DNA of 64,000 nt from the IMG/VR virus record IMGVR_UViG_3300025000_002059, positions 1 through 64,000 of that record, one strand, 5' to 3'. This document shows, one piece after another, positions 48,087-57,989 of the stretch. The first letter of the stretch is position 1. Every line of letters starts with the position of its first letter. The notes beneath the pieces were generated by a model, which saw nothing but the letters and a program-made list of their open reading frames with translations, was not told where the DNA came from and searched no databases. The translations under genes and the position numbers were made by a program. The stretch comes from a virus.

Positions 48087-48310
48087 GTGAGCCAATATTG
48101 GATTTTTACATTAGAGAAAGAGCGAATCAAACAGATATTATTTTTCAGATACCAAGAGTGAGCCAATTATGATGACAGAAACAACCCAAGAAAGCGAGTC
48201 AATGAATACGAACTTTATCAACAGATATGAAGCGAGCCATAACAATGAAGTATAACCATCATCCAAGAGCGAGCCTAAGCAATTGATCACCCCACACTCA
48301 CTGAGCGATT
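48085..48310 (+). ncRNA. TIGR-like array, block 4 (about 6 units)
   Basis: Same edge and loop repeats. Confidence 0.8.
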
Positions 48311-48651
48311 GAAGGAGTAAAATAAAATGGATGCCCTACTATTCCTGATGGCTTTAGGGAATTTCATAGCATTTCATAGAGCAATGAACGAGCGCGAACT
48401 TAACCTTACATATTTATTTTCAGCTCTAGTATTCTTCATGCTACTTATAATTTAAGGAGGTGATGATACTTGGGATGGCTAAAAACGAAAACTCATAGAG
48501 ATGGGAGCGTAAGTTATTTCAGCGACCAAGAAAATAAATGGATTGAGTATGTTAGGGAAATCCCCCAGAAGGAATTAAGTAAGATGACAAAGGAAGAGCA
48601 GCAGAGAATGCTCAAATTCTTAAGTAAACACAACTGAATGGAAGAAGGTAT

Positions 48652-48930
48652 TTGATGGCGAAATACTTCAGACATGAAAACGGAATTACCGTCAGCGAAT
48701 TTCAAATGTTAATCATTTTCTTAAACCGGAGCTGCGATTATCAGATTGCACTCCGGATCGTTCGTGATGAATTAAGCGCCAAGAAGGAAAAGAATCGATA
48801 CTGGATTGTTGGCCATGAGCAAGCATGGAATTATTTTCATATAAATTTAAGCGAATCATTGAAGAGAAGAAACATCGGCAGTATGGATGAATTACTGGAG
48901 AGCGCAAAAGAAAACTTAAGGAAGCGATAA
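48652..48930 (+). CDS. Hypothetical protein
   Basis: Intact ORF. Confidence 0.45.
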   Translation: MMAKYFRHENGITVSEFQMLIIFLNRSCDYQIALRIVRDELSAKKEKNRYWIVGHEQAWNYFHINLSESLKRRNIGSMDELLESAKENLRKR

Positions 48931-48944
48931 GGAGAAAGATAAAA

Positions 48945-49289
48945 ATGTTTTTTAAGCTTTGCAATCATAGAGAAATTGATCCAGATGAAAGACTTAGTGT
49001 TATTATTGGAAGTGGATCGGATGATGAATTTGAAACTCACAATCCTTTAAATTTATTTGGGGCAATTATTAATGATTATGATCCGGATTCAGGTGTTCCG
49101 ATTATTCCTCTTGTCGTTGGACAAATTAGTCCGGGAATGTTGATGTCTTATCTATCGGCCATGACAACAATTGCTGTCGAGATGTTAAAGGATACAGATA
49201 TACCGAGAGAAGTATTAAAGGAATTATTGCAAAGAGCTGTTGATGAAGGACTGAATGGAAAAATTGTTCCGTGCAAGTGCCAGAACTAG
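48945..49289 (+). CDS. Hypothetical protein
   Basis: AGGAG RBS and intact ORF. Confidence 0.5.
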   Translation: MFFKLCNHREIDPDERLSVIIGSGSDDEFETHNPLNLFGAIINDYDPDSGVPIIPLVVGQISPGMLMSYLSAMTTIAVEMLKDTDIPREVLKELLQRAVDEGLNGKIVPCKCQN

Positions 49290-49480
49290 CCGATAGAGAT
49301 ATCGGCTTTTATTTTGTTCAAATATGAATGTAACAAAATATGTGAATTGTTACATTGGGGGCTTAAACATGGATGTGGCAAGGATGGTAATAATTGAATG
49401 TAACTTAGGGCGTAGAAATGATACATGGAATGTAGTATAATGAAGGACAAGCTTAATAAAAAGAGAGGAATTAAAAATTC

Positions 49481-50023
49481 ATGAATGTTCAACCAATTAG
49501 AGATATTTCCAAAATAGAAGAATTAAAAAATGAACTCCTTAAGATCAGTTACCGAGATTATATGATTTTCTCATTTGGAATAAATACTGGATTAAGAATA
49601 AGTGATATCTTGAAGTTAAAAGTAAATGATATTAAGGGCAAAAGCCATGTTTCTATCAAGGAACAAAAAACGGGCAAAACAAAAAAGTTTAAAATACAAA
49701 GTCAATTTAAACCGGAAGTTGATAGGTACATACATGGAATGAAAATGACTAATTATTTATTTAGAAGTAGAAAAGGAGTAAATAAACCAATTAGTAGGAT
49801 TCAGTATTATAGGGTGTTAAGGAACGCTGCTGCGCCAATTGGGATTACAGAAATTGGAACACATACATTGAGAAAAACATTTGGATATTTTCATTATAAG
49901 AAAAACAAGGATGTTGCTATGCTGCAAGAAATATTTAATCATTCTGGACCGAGTGTGACCTTGAGATATATAGGGATAAACCAAGAGGAAATAGATGAGT
50001 CGATGGAAGGTATGTATTTATGA
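49481..50023 (+). CDS. Small tyrosine recombinase (catalytic domain only; resolvase-like)
   Basis: GINTGLRISD, EQKT.K, HTLRKTFGY and FNHS...TLRYIG give the R-K-H-R-H-Y set. Confidence 0.92.
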   Translation: MNVQPIRDISKIEELKNELLKISYRDYMIFSFGINTGLRISDILKLKVNDIKGKSHVSIKEQKTGKTKKFKIQSQFKPEVDRYIHGMKMTNYLFRSRKGVNKPISRIQYYRVLRNAAAPIGITEIGTHTLRKTFGYFHYKKNKDVAMLQEIFNHSGPSVTLRYIGINQEEIDESMEGMYL

Positions 50024-50340
50024 AGGAGGATATTATGAGAAATTTATGGATACCAACAGCGATAGGAAAACCTACCAATGCAAAAGTTGTTAGGGGACGT
50101 GAAAATGTTCCTGCTGGGGATAATTTTGCGTGGTGGAGTTGTCATTTTGAGTATAGAAGTAAGGATATATGTGAAGCATTTATATTTGAACAATTACAAG
50201 AGAAATATAGTCTTGGATTCGGACAACAAGAATTATGGAATATTATTGAACGTGATTATACTGCTGAAGAAGTCTATGTTAAAAATGTAAATCATCCTAA
50301 TTATAACGAAGAATCAGATGATATCGTATTTGAAGATTAA
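50020..50340 (+). CDS. Hypothetical protein
   Basis: Coupled to the recombinase gene. Confidence 0.5.
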   Translation: MKEDIMRNLWIPTAIGKPTNAKVVRGRENVPAGDNFAWWSCHFEYRSKDICEAFIFEQLQEKYSLGFGQQELWNIIERDYTAEEVYVKNVNHPNYNEESDDIVFED

Positions 50341-50364
50341 GACACATTAGGAGATGAGATAAAT

Positions 50365-50586
50365 ATGCAAAACAGAATCAAGCCGGAGCTAGATAGATTA
50401 CGGAGCACTTGGTGTGATCTTCCGGATTATATCTACACAGAAAAATATGAACAAGCACTAACGGAATGGATCATGAAACATGTGGCCAACGGCAGAACGG
50501 ATATTGAAACACTTATCCTGTATGCGCTGCATCACGAAACCGGGGATAAGCTGCCTTACTTTCCATTCGATCGAACAGAGGTGTAG
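50365..50586 (+). CDS. Hypothetical protein
   Basis: Intact ORF with RBS. Confidence 0.45.
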   Translation: MQNRIKPELDRLRSTWCDLPDYIYTEKYEQALTEWIMKHVANGRTDIETLILYALHHETGDKLPYFPFDRTEV

Positions 50587-50589
50587 CAC

Positions 50590-51012
50590 TTGGAAACCAT
50601 GTATCAAGCAATTAAGAGAACGCGCGAAAAATACAGGGACTGTGAAATCGAAGTGGATCCGATCTATAAAGAGCACACCATAAATCGCGTTTATCCAAAA
50701 GGATGCTTCGAGAAAAGCTGGGAATACATTTCAATGAAAATTCATTTACCAGAAGTTAAATTAATCCATGGTTCCTGCTTGGCTATTGATCGGATCCGGA
50801 TCCATCATGCATGGATAGAGATCGGGCCTGACATTTTATTTGAGGGTGTATTCCAGAGATTCTACGATCGCGAGAAATATTATGTCGCTAGAAGCTTGAT
50901 TAAGCATTTTGAGTATGATTTTGCTGAGACAATGAAATGGTCTTTGGAATCCAAACACAAAGGACCATGGCAATTCCCGGAGCAGGAATCATGCTTTGAT
51001 TTTTTATTATAA
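50590..51012 (+). CDS. Hypothetical protein (possible Cys-His hydrolase fold)
   Basis: GCFE, LIHG and HAWIE motifs. Confidence 0.5.
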   Translation: METMYQAIKRTREKYRDCEIEVDPIYKEHTINRVYPKGCFEKSWEYISMKIHLPEVKLIHGSCLAIDRIRIHHAWIEIGPDILFEGVFQRFYDREKYYVARSLIKHFEYDFAETMKWSLESKHKGPWQFPEQESCFDFLL

Positions 51013-51023
51013 CAGGGGAGGAA

Positions 51024-51227
51024 ATGAAGATGGAAAAGGGCGATTATATCAAGACACCTAGATTTTTGACAGTAAAAATTGCAGATGTATTTGAGGACAT
51101 TAAAACAGCTAGGGAGCAGGGTTATAAAGAACCGACTTATTACGACGATGAAAATTATGAAATCTCAGGAAAACATATCGGAACTAACAGGATGATTTTT
51201 GCAGCAATAAAAAAACCCGGCAAATAA
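51024..51227 (+). CDS. Hypothetical protein
   Basis: GGAGG RBS; KTPRFLTVKI...GYKEPT. Confidence 0.55.
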   Translation: MKMEKGDYIKTPRFLTVKIADVFEDIKTAREQGYKEPTYYDDENYEISGKHIGTNRMIFAAIKKPGK

Positions 51228-51977
51228 TCACCGAGTCAGAACGTCCCTATATTTACCGCTGATATTATCTTCCAGTCCACATTTATTGCAATCTCCAATT
51301 TTCAGGGATTTTATATTATCAAATAATATTTTAGGATTATCTCTCACTGTCCCGATCTGGAAGCATTCGTCAGTTTCACCAATATGAACCCCACCGTTAA
51401 TATCTATGGAAGGTATACAAAATTTTTGAAGTTTAAATTCATAAAATTCCATAAGATCTTGAAAACTTGTAATGTGTCCAGATCGTATGATACTCCGCGC
51501 ATTAAAGCATTTTGGGTAAGTAATTTTAATTTCCATATCATCCATACACAGGTTATTTGTTACTGCTCTGCCGATTGGAAATAAATGATTTATTTCAGTT
51601 ATATAGCATAGATTCTCATGTTCGATCACTGGGACACCTTGAGGATAGAACCTTTTATCATTCGTAATCTGGATCATGATGCCCAAGCTGAGTATTTCTT
51701 TTGCATACTGTTTATTGTGTAGAAACATGCCATTACTTGCTATTATCAATAATTCTGGACGTTCCATTTTTCTTTTTAACAATTCAACTATCTCGATGAA
51801 CTGCGGGTGCTCGCTTGGTTCGCCACCAGTCAGAAGAATCATTTTTGCACCTGTTTTTGGAATAAACTTAAGAGAATCCCGGAAATTATCAAAATCCATA
51901 TGTTTCCCGTTCGGGGAAGCATTATCAAAACAATGCGTACAGTTCATATTGCATTTATTGGTTATTCGTAGAATCAA
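51228..51977 (-). CDS. Radical SAM protein with C-terminal Cys cluster
   Basis: ITNKCNMNCTHC, TGGEP and SNG; C-terminal C..C. Confidence 0.88.
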   Translation of the reverse strand: MILRITNKCNMNCTHCFDNASPNGKHMDFDNFRDSLKFIPKTGAKMILLTGGEPSEHPQFIEIVELLKRKMERPELLIIASNGMFLHNKQYAKEILSLGIMIQITNDKRFYPQGVPVIEHENLCYITEINHLFPIGRAVTNNLCMDDMEIKITYPKCFNARSIIRSGHITSFQDLMEFYEFKLQKFCIPSIDINGGVHIGETDECFQIGTVRDNPKILFDNIKSLKIGDCNKCGLEDNISGKYRDVLTR

Positions 51978-52001
51978 TTAAGGAACCTCCTTTTATTATT
52001 A

Positions 52002-52035
52002 ATAAGTCCTAGCTAAAAAAATAGCTAGGACTTTA
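52002..52035. terminator. Terminator-like inverted repeat
   Basis: ATAAGTCCTAGCTA-AAAAAA-TAGCTAGGACTTTAT. Confidence 0.6.
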
Positions 52036-52283
52036 TTTCGACATTCTAACAGAATTTATTAATCTTACAAACTGGGACAAAGAGGAATATAATAGGAGTA
52101 CACTTCGTCAGCCTTCGAGAATAAAACGTAGGAGGTATTGCCCATTGGGAACGGAAATAACAGTAAATGAATTACGAATTATGTTATCTGATAGCGAGCT
52201 AATGAAAGACCTTCCAATCTCAAAAGAAATGATCGATTTCATAGTTGAGCTGATAAAAAATAAAGCGGAGATGGAATCTACGA

Positions 52284-52646
52284 CTACTTAGATGATTTGA
52301 TTTTGGTTAAGACGGAGATGTACTCGATGAGTGTATCTACCGTTTTTTTATCAATTGTGTCATTGGGCCTTACTAGACCAGATTCCCGCAGCTTAATCAA
52401 GAGATAGTCAATAGCTTCTTCTTCCTGCCTGAATCCAGAAACACCCATAAGGTAATCAACTGATACTTTGAACAGTTTAGCGATCTTACTTACCATATCC
52501 AGACTTGGTTCTCTTGATCCGGCTTCCCAGTGACCGACCGCACCTTTTGAAACTCCTAGCACCTTCGCTAAGTCCGGCTGCGTTATGTCCGATTCTCGCC
52601 GGAGCGCCTTTAAGCGTTTCATAAAATATGTATTACGATTTTCCAC
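52284..52646 (-). CDS. CI-like Xre repressor
   Basis: RLKALR..ITQ.DLAK.LGVSK.AVGHWE.G.REP; divergent from the Cro-like gene. Confidence 0.88.
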   Translation of the reverse strand: MENRNTYFMKRLKALRRESDITQPDLAKVLGVSKGAVGHWEAGSREPSLDMVSKIAKLFKVSVDYLMGVSGFRQEEEAIDYLLIKLRESGLVRPNDTIDKKTVDTLIEYISVLTKIKSSK

Positions 52647-52902
52647 TGTTCTCTTCTGCCTTTCCGTTTTTAATTTCTATGTGAGTTTCTTACAGAATAG
52701 AAGAACTATTCTTCGTTATTATATGACAAAAATAGAAATAGGACAAGACTACTAATAGGACTAATTTACTATAAATTATAGGTAATATTTCCTATTAATG
52801 TTATTTAAGTATACATTCTGTATTCTTATCTGGTCGATAAACGTCATATTTGGTTGATATTCTTCCATTTTGGTGGTATAATCACATTAAGGAGGTGAGG
52901 AA

Positions 52903-53175
52903 ATGCTTATAAACGAACAAGAGTTCAAGGCGCGAATCGAGTATGCAAGAGCATTATCAAACTACAGTAAGACGGAATTAGCAAGCAAAATCAACATGCC
53001 GCCAAGCACATTTAGGCGCAAAATGGATAAGCCATCACGATTAACGCTCGAAGAATTTTTTATTCTGACGGAAGCGCTACCAAACGGAGTTTTAATTGAA
53101 TATCTCAAAGAAGAAATAGGAATTAAGGCATTAAAAAAAGTCCCCAAAAAAGGGACTAGAAAAGAAGTTTCATAA
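52903..53175 (+). CDS. Cro-like HTH protein
   Basis: SKTELASKINM..STF.RK...P..LTLEE; TGGTATAAT promoter and AGGAGG RBS. Confidence 0.7.
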   Translation: MLINEQEFKARIEYARALSNYSKTELASKINMPPSTFRRKMDKPSRLTLEEFFILTEALPNGVLIEYLKEEIGIKALKKVPKKGTRKEVS

Positions 53176-53245
53176 AATTATTATATCACAGCATGTCCAG
53201 CATGGTTAAAGAGAAGTAATGAGAAATTTATGGGAGGATAATATA

Positions 53246-54196
53246 ATGGCGGCAATTTCATTGGCATCAACTAGGAACATGACGAGAGAGCAATGGTTGG
53301 AGGTCCGGAAACTTGGGATTGGTGGCTCGGACGTTTCTGCTATCGCCGGAATGAATCGATGGAAAAGCCCAATCGAGGTCTGGATGGAAAAGACCGGGCA
53401 ACTTGAATCTAAAGAACTTGGCGAAGCGGCCTATTGGGGAACCATGCTCGAAGATGTTGTGGCAAGAGAATACGCAAAGAGATCTGGGCTCAGAGTACAG
53501 AAGCGAAATGCGATTCTCCAGCATCCAAAGCACACCTTCATGCTTGCTAACGTCGACCGGATAATTCACGACAAGGATCGCGGACGTGGAATCCTTGAAT
53601 GTAAAACGACGAACGAGTACAAAAAAGGAGAATGGGAAGAAGAAAAAATTCCCGAAGAATACGCGATTCAGGTCCATCATTACCTAGCCGTTACCGGATT
53701 ACAATTTGCTAGAATTGCGGTCCTGATCGGGGGGAACAAATTCGAGATTAAAGATATCGAGCGGGATGAAGAGATCATTGATTATCTGGTGAAGATCGAG
53801 AGCGACTTCTGGCAGATGGTCCAGAGCAATACCCCGCCAGAGATGGACGGATCAAACTCAGCCACAGAACTTTTAAAATACCTTTACCCGAACTCTAACC
53901 AATCATCAATTGAACTTCCACAAGCCGGAAGCATGGTCGAAGAATTCCTGATGCTGCAAGAAATGGAGAAGACCATAGGCACCAAGAAGGATTCAATCGC
54001 CAATCAAATTAAACAAATGATGGGAGAGAATGAGACAGCCTACACGCTCACCCACAAGATCGGATGGAAATCATTAATCACCAACAGATTTGATACTAAC
54101 AGATTTAAAACAGCGCACAAAGACTTGTACAAAGAATTTGTGAACGAGACACCATCGCGAAGATTCACAGTCGGAGATATTAAAAAATTGAAATAG
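53246..54196 (+). CDS. yqaJ: YqaJ-like viral exonuclease
   Basis: WL..RK.GIGGSD, WG..LE, ANVDR, LECKT and Y..QV.HY. Confidence 0.93.
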   Translation: MAAISLASTRNMTREQWLEVRKLGIGGSDVSAIAGMNRWKSPIEVWMEKTGQLESKELGEAAYWGTMLEDVVAREYAKRSGLRVQKRNAILQHPKHTFMLANVDRIIHDKDRGRGILECKTTNEYKKGEWEEEKIPEEYAIQVHHYLAVTGLQFARIAVLIGGNKFEIKDIERDEEIIDYLVKIESDFWQMVQSNTPPEMDGSNSATELLKYLYPNSNQSSIELPQAGSMVEEFLMLQEMEKTIGTKKDSIANQIKQMMGENETAYTLTHKIGWKSLITNRFDTNRFKTAHKDLYKEFVNETPSRRFTVGDIKKLK

Positions 54197-54209
54197 GGGG
54201 ATTTGAGCA

Positions 54210-55151
54210 ATGGCAGGATTGAAAGGAAAACTAGCCGATAAGGCAAATGGGACCAGTGTGGTAAAGAAGGAACTACCAAAGGCAACATTCAGTAACTTCC
54301 TAGCCCAAGATGGGGTAAAGGCGAAGATCAACCAGATCGTCGGCGGTAAAGACGGTCAGAGATTCATCACAGCGATTCTTTCAGCGGTCAGCACGAACCC
54401 GTTACTCGCCGACTGCGACCATGGAACCATACTAAGCTGCGCATTGCTGGGAGAGAGCCTAAAGCTTTCACCCAGCCCGCAACTTGGGCAATACTACATG
54501 GTGCCATTTGACGATAATAAGAATAATAGAAAAACAGCCCAGTTTATAATTGGGTATAAGGGCATGGTGCAACTTGCCGTGCGATCTGGATACTACAAGA
54601 AAATAAATGTTATCGCCATTAAAGAGGGAGAATTACAGCACTTCGATCCACTCAATGAAGAAATTTCCTGCCTTTTGATTGATGATGAGGATGCCCGCGA
54701 ACGAGCCAAGACCATCGGATACTACGCGATGTTCGAATACATGAATGGATTTAGGAAAGTCATGTACTGGAGCAAGGCTAAGATGGAGGCCCATGCACTA
54801 CAATACTCAGCCGGATTCCGAGCGGACCGGAAGAAGGGAAACTCATACACCTTCTGGAGTAAAGACTTTGATGGGATGGCCTTTAAAACAATGTTGAGAC
54901 AACTCTTGTCCAAATGGGGTATAATGTCAATAGACTTACAGACAGCCTACGAAAGAGACATGGGGACTATAAGAGAAGATGGGACCGTCGAATTTGTGGA
55001 TAACGTAGAGGACATAGAATCAAACGAGACAAAGCCAGAACAGCAGCAAGAGCAGGCGGACCAAGCAGGGCAGCCGGAGACAGGGCAGGATGGGCAGCAG
55101 GCGGAACAACCGGATATTAGCCGGGAGCAGGACCAGACACCCGCAGAGTAA
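54210..55151 (+). CDS. recT: RecT family ssDNA annealing recombinase
   Basis: LSPSPQLGQYYMVPF, AQF.IGYKG..QLA.RSG and FDGMA.KT.LR. Confidence 0.93.
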   Translation: MAGLKGKLADKANGTSVVKKELPKATFSNFLAQDGVKAKINQIVGGKDGQRFITAILSAVSTNPLLADCDHGTILSCALLGESLKLSPSPQLGQYYMVPFDDNKNNRKTAQFIIGYKGMVQLAVRSGYYKKINVIAIKEGELQHFDPLNEEISCLLIDDEDARERAKTIGYYAMFEYMNGFRKVMYWSKAKMEAHALQYSAGFRADRKKGNSYTFWSKDFDGMAFKTMLRQLLSKWGIMSIDLQTAYERDMGTIREDGTVEFVDNVEDIESNETKPEQQQEQADQAGQPETGQDGQQAEQPDISREQDQTPAE

Positions 55152-55439
55152 GGAGATCGAGAAATGTTCATGACCGTAGATATTATCCTTCAGGAGTTGG
55201 AGATCAGGATCAATAAATTGAAAGAATTCGAAACTGAAGCTTTAGAAATAAAAGATGTTGATCTTTACCGATTCACTAAGACAAGGCGGACCGAGTATGA
55301 ATCATTCAAAAACTGGATAGAAGCGAGGAATAATTAATTAAAAAAAGAAAAATGCCCATTAGATTTATAAATTAAATCCTTGGGCATTTTTTGTATTATA
55401 ATTCTAATTGGACAAAGTTAAGAAGGGCGGGCCAAAGGA

Positions 55440-55769
55440 ATGAAACAAAAATGCGATCCACATAAATGTATTGGAAATTTTGAATGTGAAAAATGCCCAG
55501 CTAGATGGACACCGAAGGATCCGGACTGTAAAGATTCGTTAATGTATAACTGTGATAATTATAAATCTTGTGATGAGTGTTATGGTAATAAACCTAATAC
55601 TTGGCCGCGCAAGGATAATATTAACATATTACTTAACTTATCAACCAAAGAAAAGGTTATGGCATTTGATTCGATGGTTAAAAGATACGTTTCGGCAAAA
55701 AATCACCTTGATATGGAAATTTGGATAGCGAATGTGCTTAGTTTTTACATCAAGAAATACTTAAAATAG
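55440..55769 (+). CDS. Hypothetical Cys-rich protein
   Basis: Intact ORF with upstream TATAAT. Confidence 0.45.
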   Translation: MKQKCDPHKCIGNFECEKCPARWTPKDPDCKDSLMYNCDNYKSCDECYGNKPNTWPRKDNINILLNLSTKEKVMAFDSMVKRYVSAKNHLDMEIWIANVLSFYIKKYLK

Positions 55770-55774
55770 AAACT

Positions 55775-55957
55775 TTATTGAAGAGATTTCATTCTTACAT
55801 AATCAGAGGGATTTGTTTTTTCAAGACTTGCACGTTCAGTAATTAATTCCCACTCTTTATCGCTAAACCGGATGGGATGTGTAAGGCGAGGTTCATTAAC
55901 TCTTTTACGACCAGCGCCAATCCGTCTACCACCGCGAGTTTTTAGAGTTTCAGACAT
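55775..55957 (-). CDS. Ribbon-helix-helix/CopG-like DNA-binding protein
   Basis: RGG.R.GAGRK, IRFSDKEW..I and S.YVR. Confidence 0.65.
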   Translation of the reverse strand: MSETLKTRGGRRIGAGRKRVNEPRLTHPIRFSDKEWELITERASLEKTNPSDYVRMKSLQ

Positions 55958-56073
55958 AATGTTGTCCCTCCCTTTTTATGTTTATTGTAATGCATAATTC
56001 AACATAAAGCAAGAGACAAAATAAGGTGCCCAGATGGCAAGTCTAGGCACCAGAGAAAAAGGAGGAATGAGCA

Positions 56074-56607
56074 ATGACTATAAAAGTACCACGGCAATGG
56101 CTTTGTATGGGGAAAACTCAGATATTGAATAATATGTTTGAGCCGATTCAAAATAGACCAGATGCGGTCCTAAAACCATATGGCGGGCTTTGGGTATCTC
56201 CATATGTACGGAATGGGAAATATAAAAGTCACTGGCACGAATGGTGTGAACAGAATAAATTTATGACAAGCACCGAAGGAACGATAATAAGACTCCAAGA
56301 TAATCTAAATGTCTATATAATAAATTCGCAAATTGACTTAATGAAACTTATAGAAGAAGTTGGAGAATATAATCCATTTCTGGGATTAGGCTTTGAGCCA
56401 TGGAAAACGATAGATTTTGAAGAAGCAGCCAAACGATATGATCTGATTTATTTAACAAGGCAAGGATTAAATTGCACTAGACTTCCATTTATGAATCAGA
56501 AATTTAACTTATATACATGGGATGTATCTTGCGCGATTTTATTTCATTTTGGGTGCATAAAAGGGCAATTCCCTACGAAGGTACGCGCTCCTGAAGAGTT
56601 AGACTAA
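56074..56607 (+). CDS. Hypothetical protein
   Basis: KPYGGLW.S...W.EWC..IDFE..YD.I.LT..WDV; AGGAGG RBS. Confidence 0.6.
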   Translation: MTIKVPRQWLCMGKTQILNNMFEPIQNRPDAVLKPYGGLWVSPYVRNGKYKSHWHEWCEQNKFMTSTEGTIIRLQDNLNVYIINSQIDLMKLIEEVGEYNPFLGLGFEPWKTIDFEEAAKRYDLIYLTRQGLNCTRLPFMNQKFNLYTWDVSCAILFHFGCIKGQFPTKVRAPEELD

Positions 56608-57625
56608 TCTCAAAATCACTTTCTTGGCCTTCAACAAATAATTCCAAGCGCGTGAAAAGAGATTTAATCTGGTCTGCTCTATAAATATTTTTAAGAGATA
56701 TTCTGAGTAATTCAATTTCAGGTTTTTTGACTTCAACCAAAGTTAATTGACTTGGAGGAATTTCTTCTTGATCCATCTTATCAACTACTTCCTCTTTTTT
56801 CACTATTGCATTTTCATTGCTTGGTGGAACTAGGGGAACCACTTTCTTTACACGTTCCTTGTATTTACGTTTAGGAGGTGTAGTTTCTGAATTAGCAGCA
56901 GCACCTTGGCCTTCAGCAGAGTCAGCAGCTGCTTTATCATTATCCCTTTTCGTCTGTGCTTGATTCAGTCTATTGTCTCTAAAATTACGCAATACATCTA
57001 AAGCATCATCACCAACTAAAATTTGCTTTCCTTTCCGGGCAACTTTAAAATTCCATGATAGTTCTGATAATTGAGCGGGAGCACAATCAAGACCTTTGAG
57101 TATTTCAGTCGTTGTATGAAGTCTCCTTAATTCAGCGTAGATCTTTTGACCTTCTTTATATTCAATAGCGTTGAGTTCGGAGACTTTTATCCATTCTCCA
57201 TATTGTATCCTTTTCATCCAATCCAAATTAAAAATACAAGATAATTCTAATATTTGCTCTAAAGAACAGTCTAATGCATTTTGTAATTCAACTATGTCAT
57301 ATATTTTCCTGAGTTCATTATAAACTTGAGCACCATCTTGAATAGGTAATTCTTTAAGTTCATCAATCGTAATTTGTTCTCTACTTTTTACCTTCTCCAT
57401 TAATTCCAACAATTTCATCTCCCTTAGAGTTGTGATAAAACAAGGACCAGCACCCATAATTAATCGTCTTTGAAATTTATCAGGTTCCTGTTCGGATGGC
57501 ATTTTGACGGATTCATGTTTACGGAGCCGGGCGGCCCTACCGTGAATACCATTTCCAGTCTTTTTCTTTTCCCTGACATCCTGATTAAAAATCCATTCAA
57601 CATCTTCGTTATAGATCCCAATCAC
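56573..57625 (-). CDS. Hypothetical protein with duplicated helical domain
   Basis: G.Q/K.Y.ELR.....E....LDC occurs twice. Confidence 0.55.
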   Translation of the reverse strand: MIGIYNEDVEWIFNQDVREKKKTGNGIHGRAARLRKHESVKMPSEQEPDKFQRRLIMGAGPCFITTLREMKLLELMEKVKSREQITIDELKELPIQDGAQVYNELRKIYDIVELQNALDCSLEQILELSCIFNLDWMKRIQYGEWIKVSELNAIEYKEGQKIYAELRRLHTTTEILKGLDCAPAQLSELSWNFKVARKGKQILVGDDALDVLRNFRDNRLNQAQTKRDNDKAAADSAEGQGAAANSETTPPKRKYKERVKKVVPLVPPSNENAIVKKEEVVDKMDQEEIPPSQLTLVEVKKPEIELLRISLKNIYRADQIKSLFTRLELFVEGQESDFEISLTLQERVPS

Positions 57626-57782
57626 ATCCTGTCAAATTCGACATTTCATTTCTTACATTTTAAATATACTTCAATTTATAGACCATGTCCACATTTTGTA
57701 TATTTCATAATATGACAAATTATTTTGTTTTATTTTTATGCTATACTTGGGACAAGTTTATTTATATTTGAGGTGGTTATGA

Positions 57783-57989
57783 ATGGCTTTGACACTTTGG
57801 TCCGGCAGAGGAACATGGGAAGGCTGGAAAATACGGAAGCAATATCAAGGCTGCAAATTTGGAGAGTCCGTCCTTGTGGATCCCGATGGAGTGCCATACA
57901 GTCCCAGCGATATACTAGCGAGCAGAAATTCTGCAAATCTTTCTGAAAAAGAGAAAATTAATAAAAGCAATAAATCGATAAAGGAATAA
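57783..57989 (+). CDS. DUF3653-like small phage protein
   Basis: G.WEGWKI...LVDPDG..YSP.DI; GAGG RBS. Confidence 0.45.
   Translation: MALTLWSGRGTWEGWKIRKQYQGCKFGESVLVDPDGVPYSPSDILASRNSANLSEKEKINKSNKSIKE

Noticed and set aside
44366-48310. CRISPR array interpretation of the periodic repeats
   Set aside because: The repeats are only about 10 nt, two types alternate, spacers are 8-9 nt, and there are no cas genes
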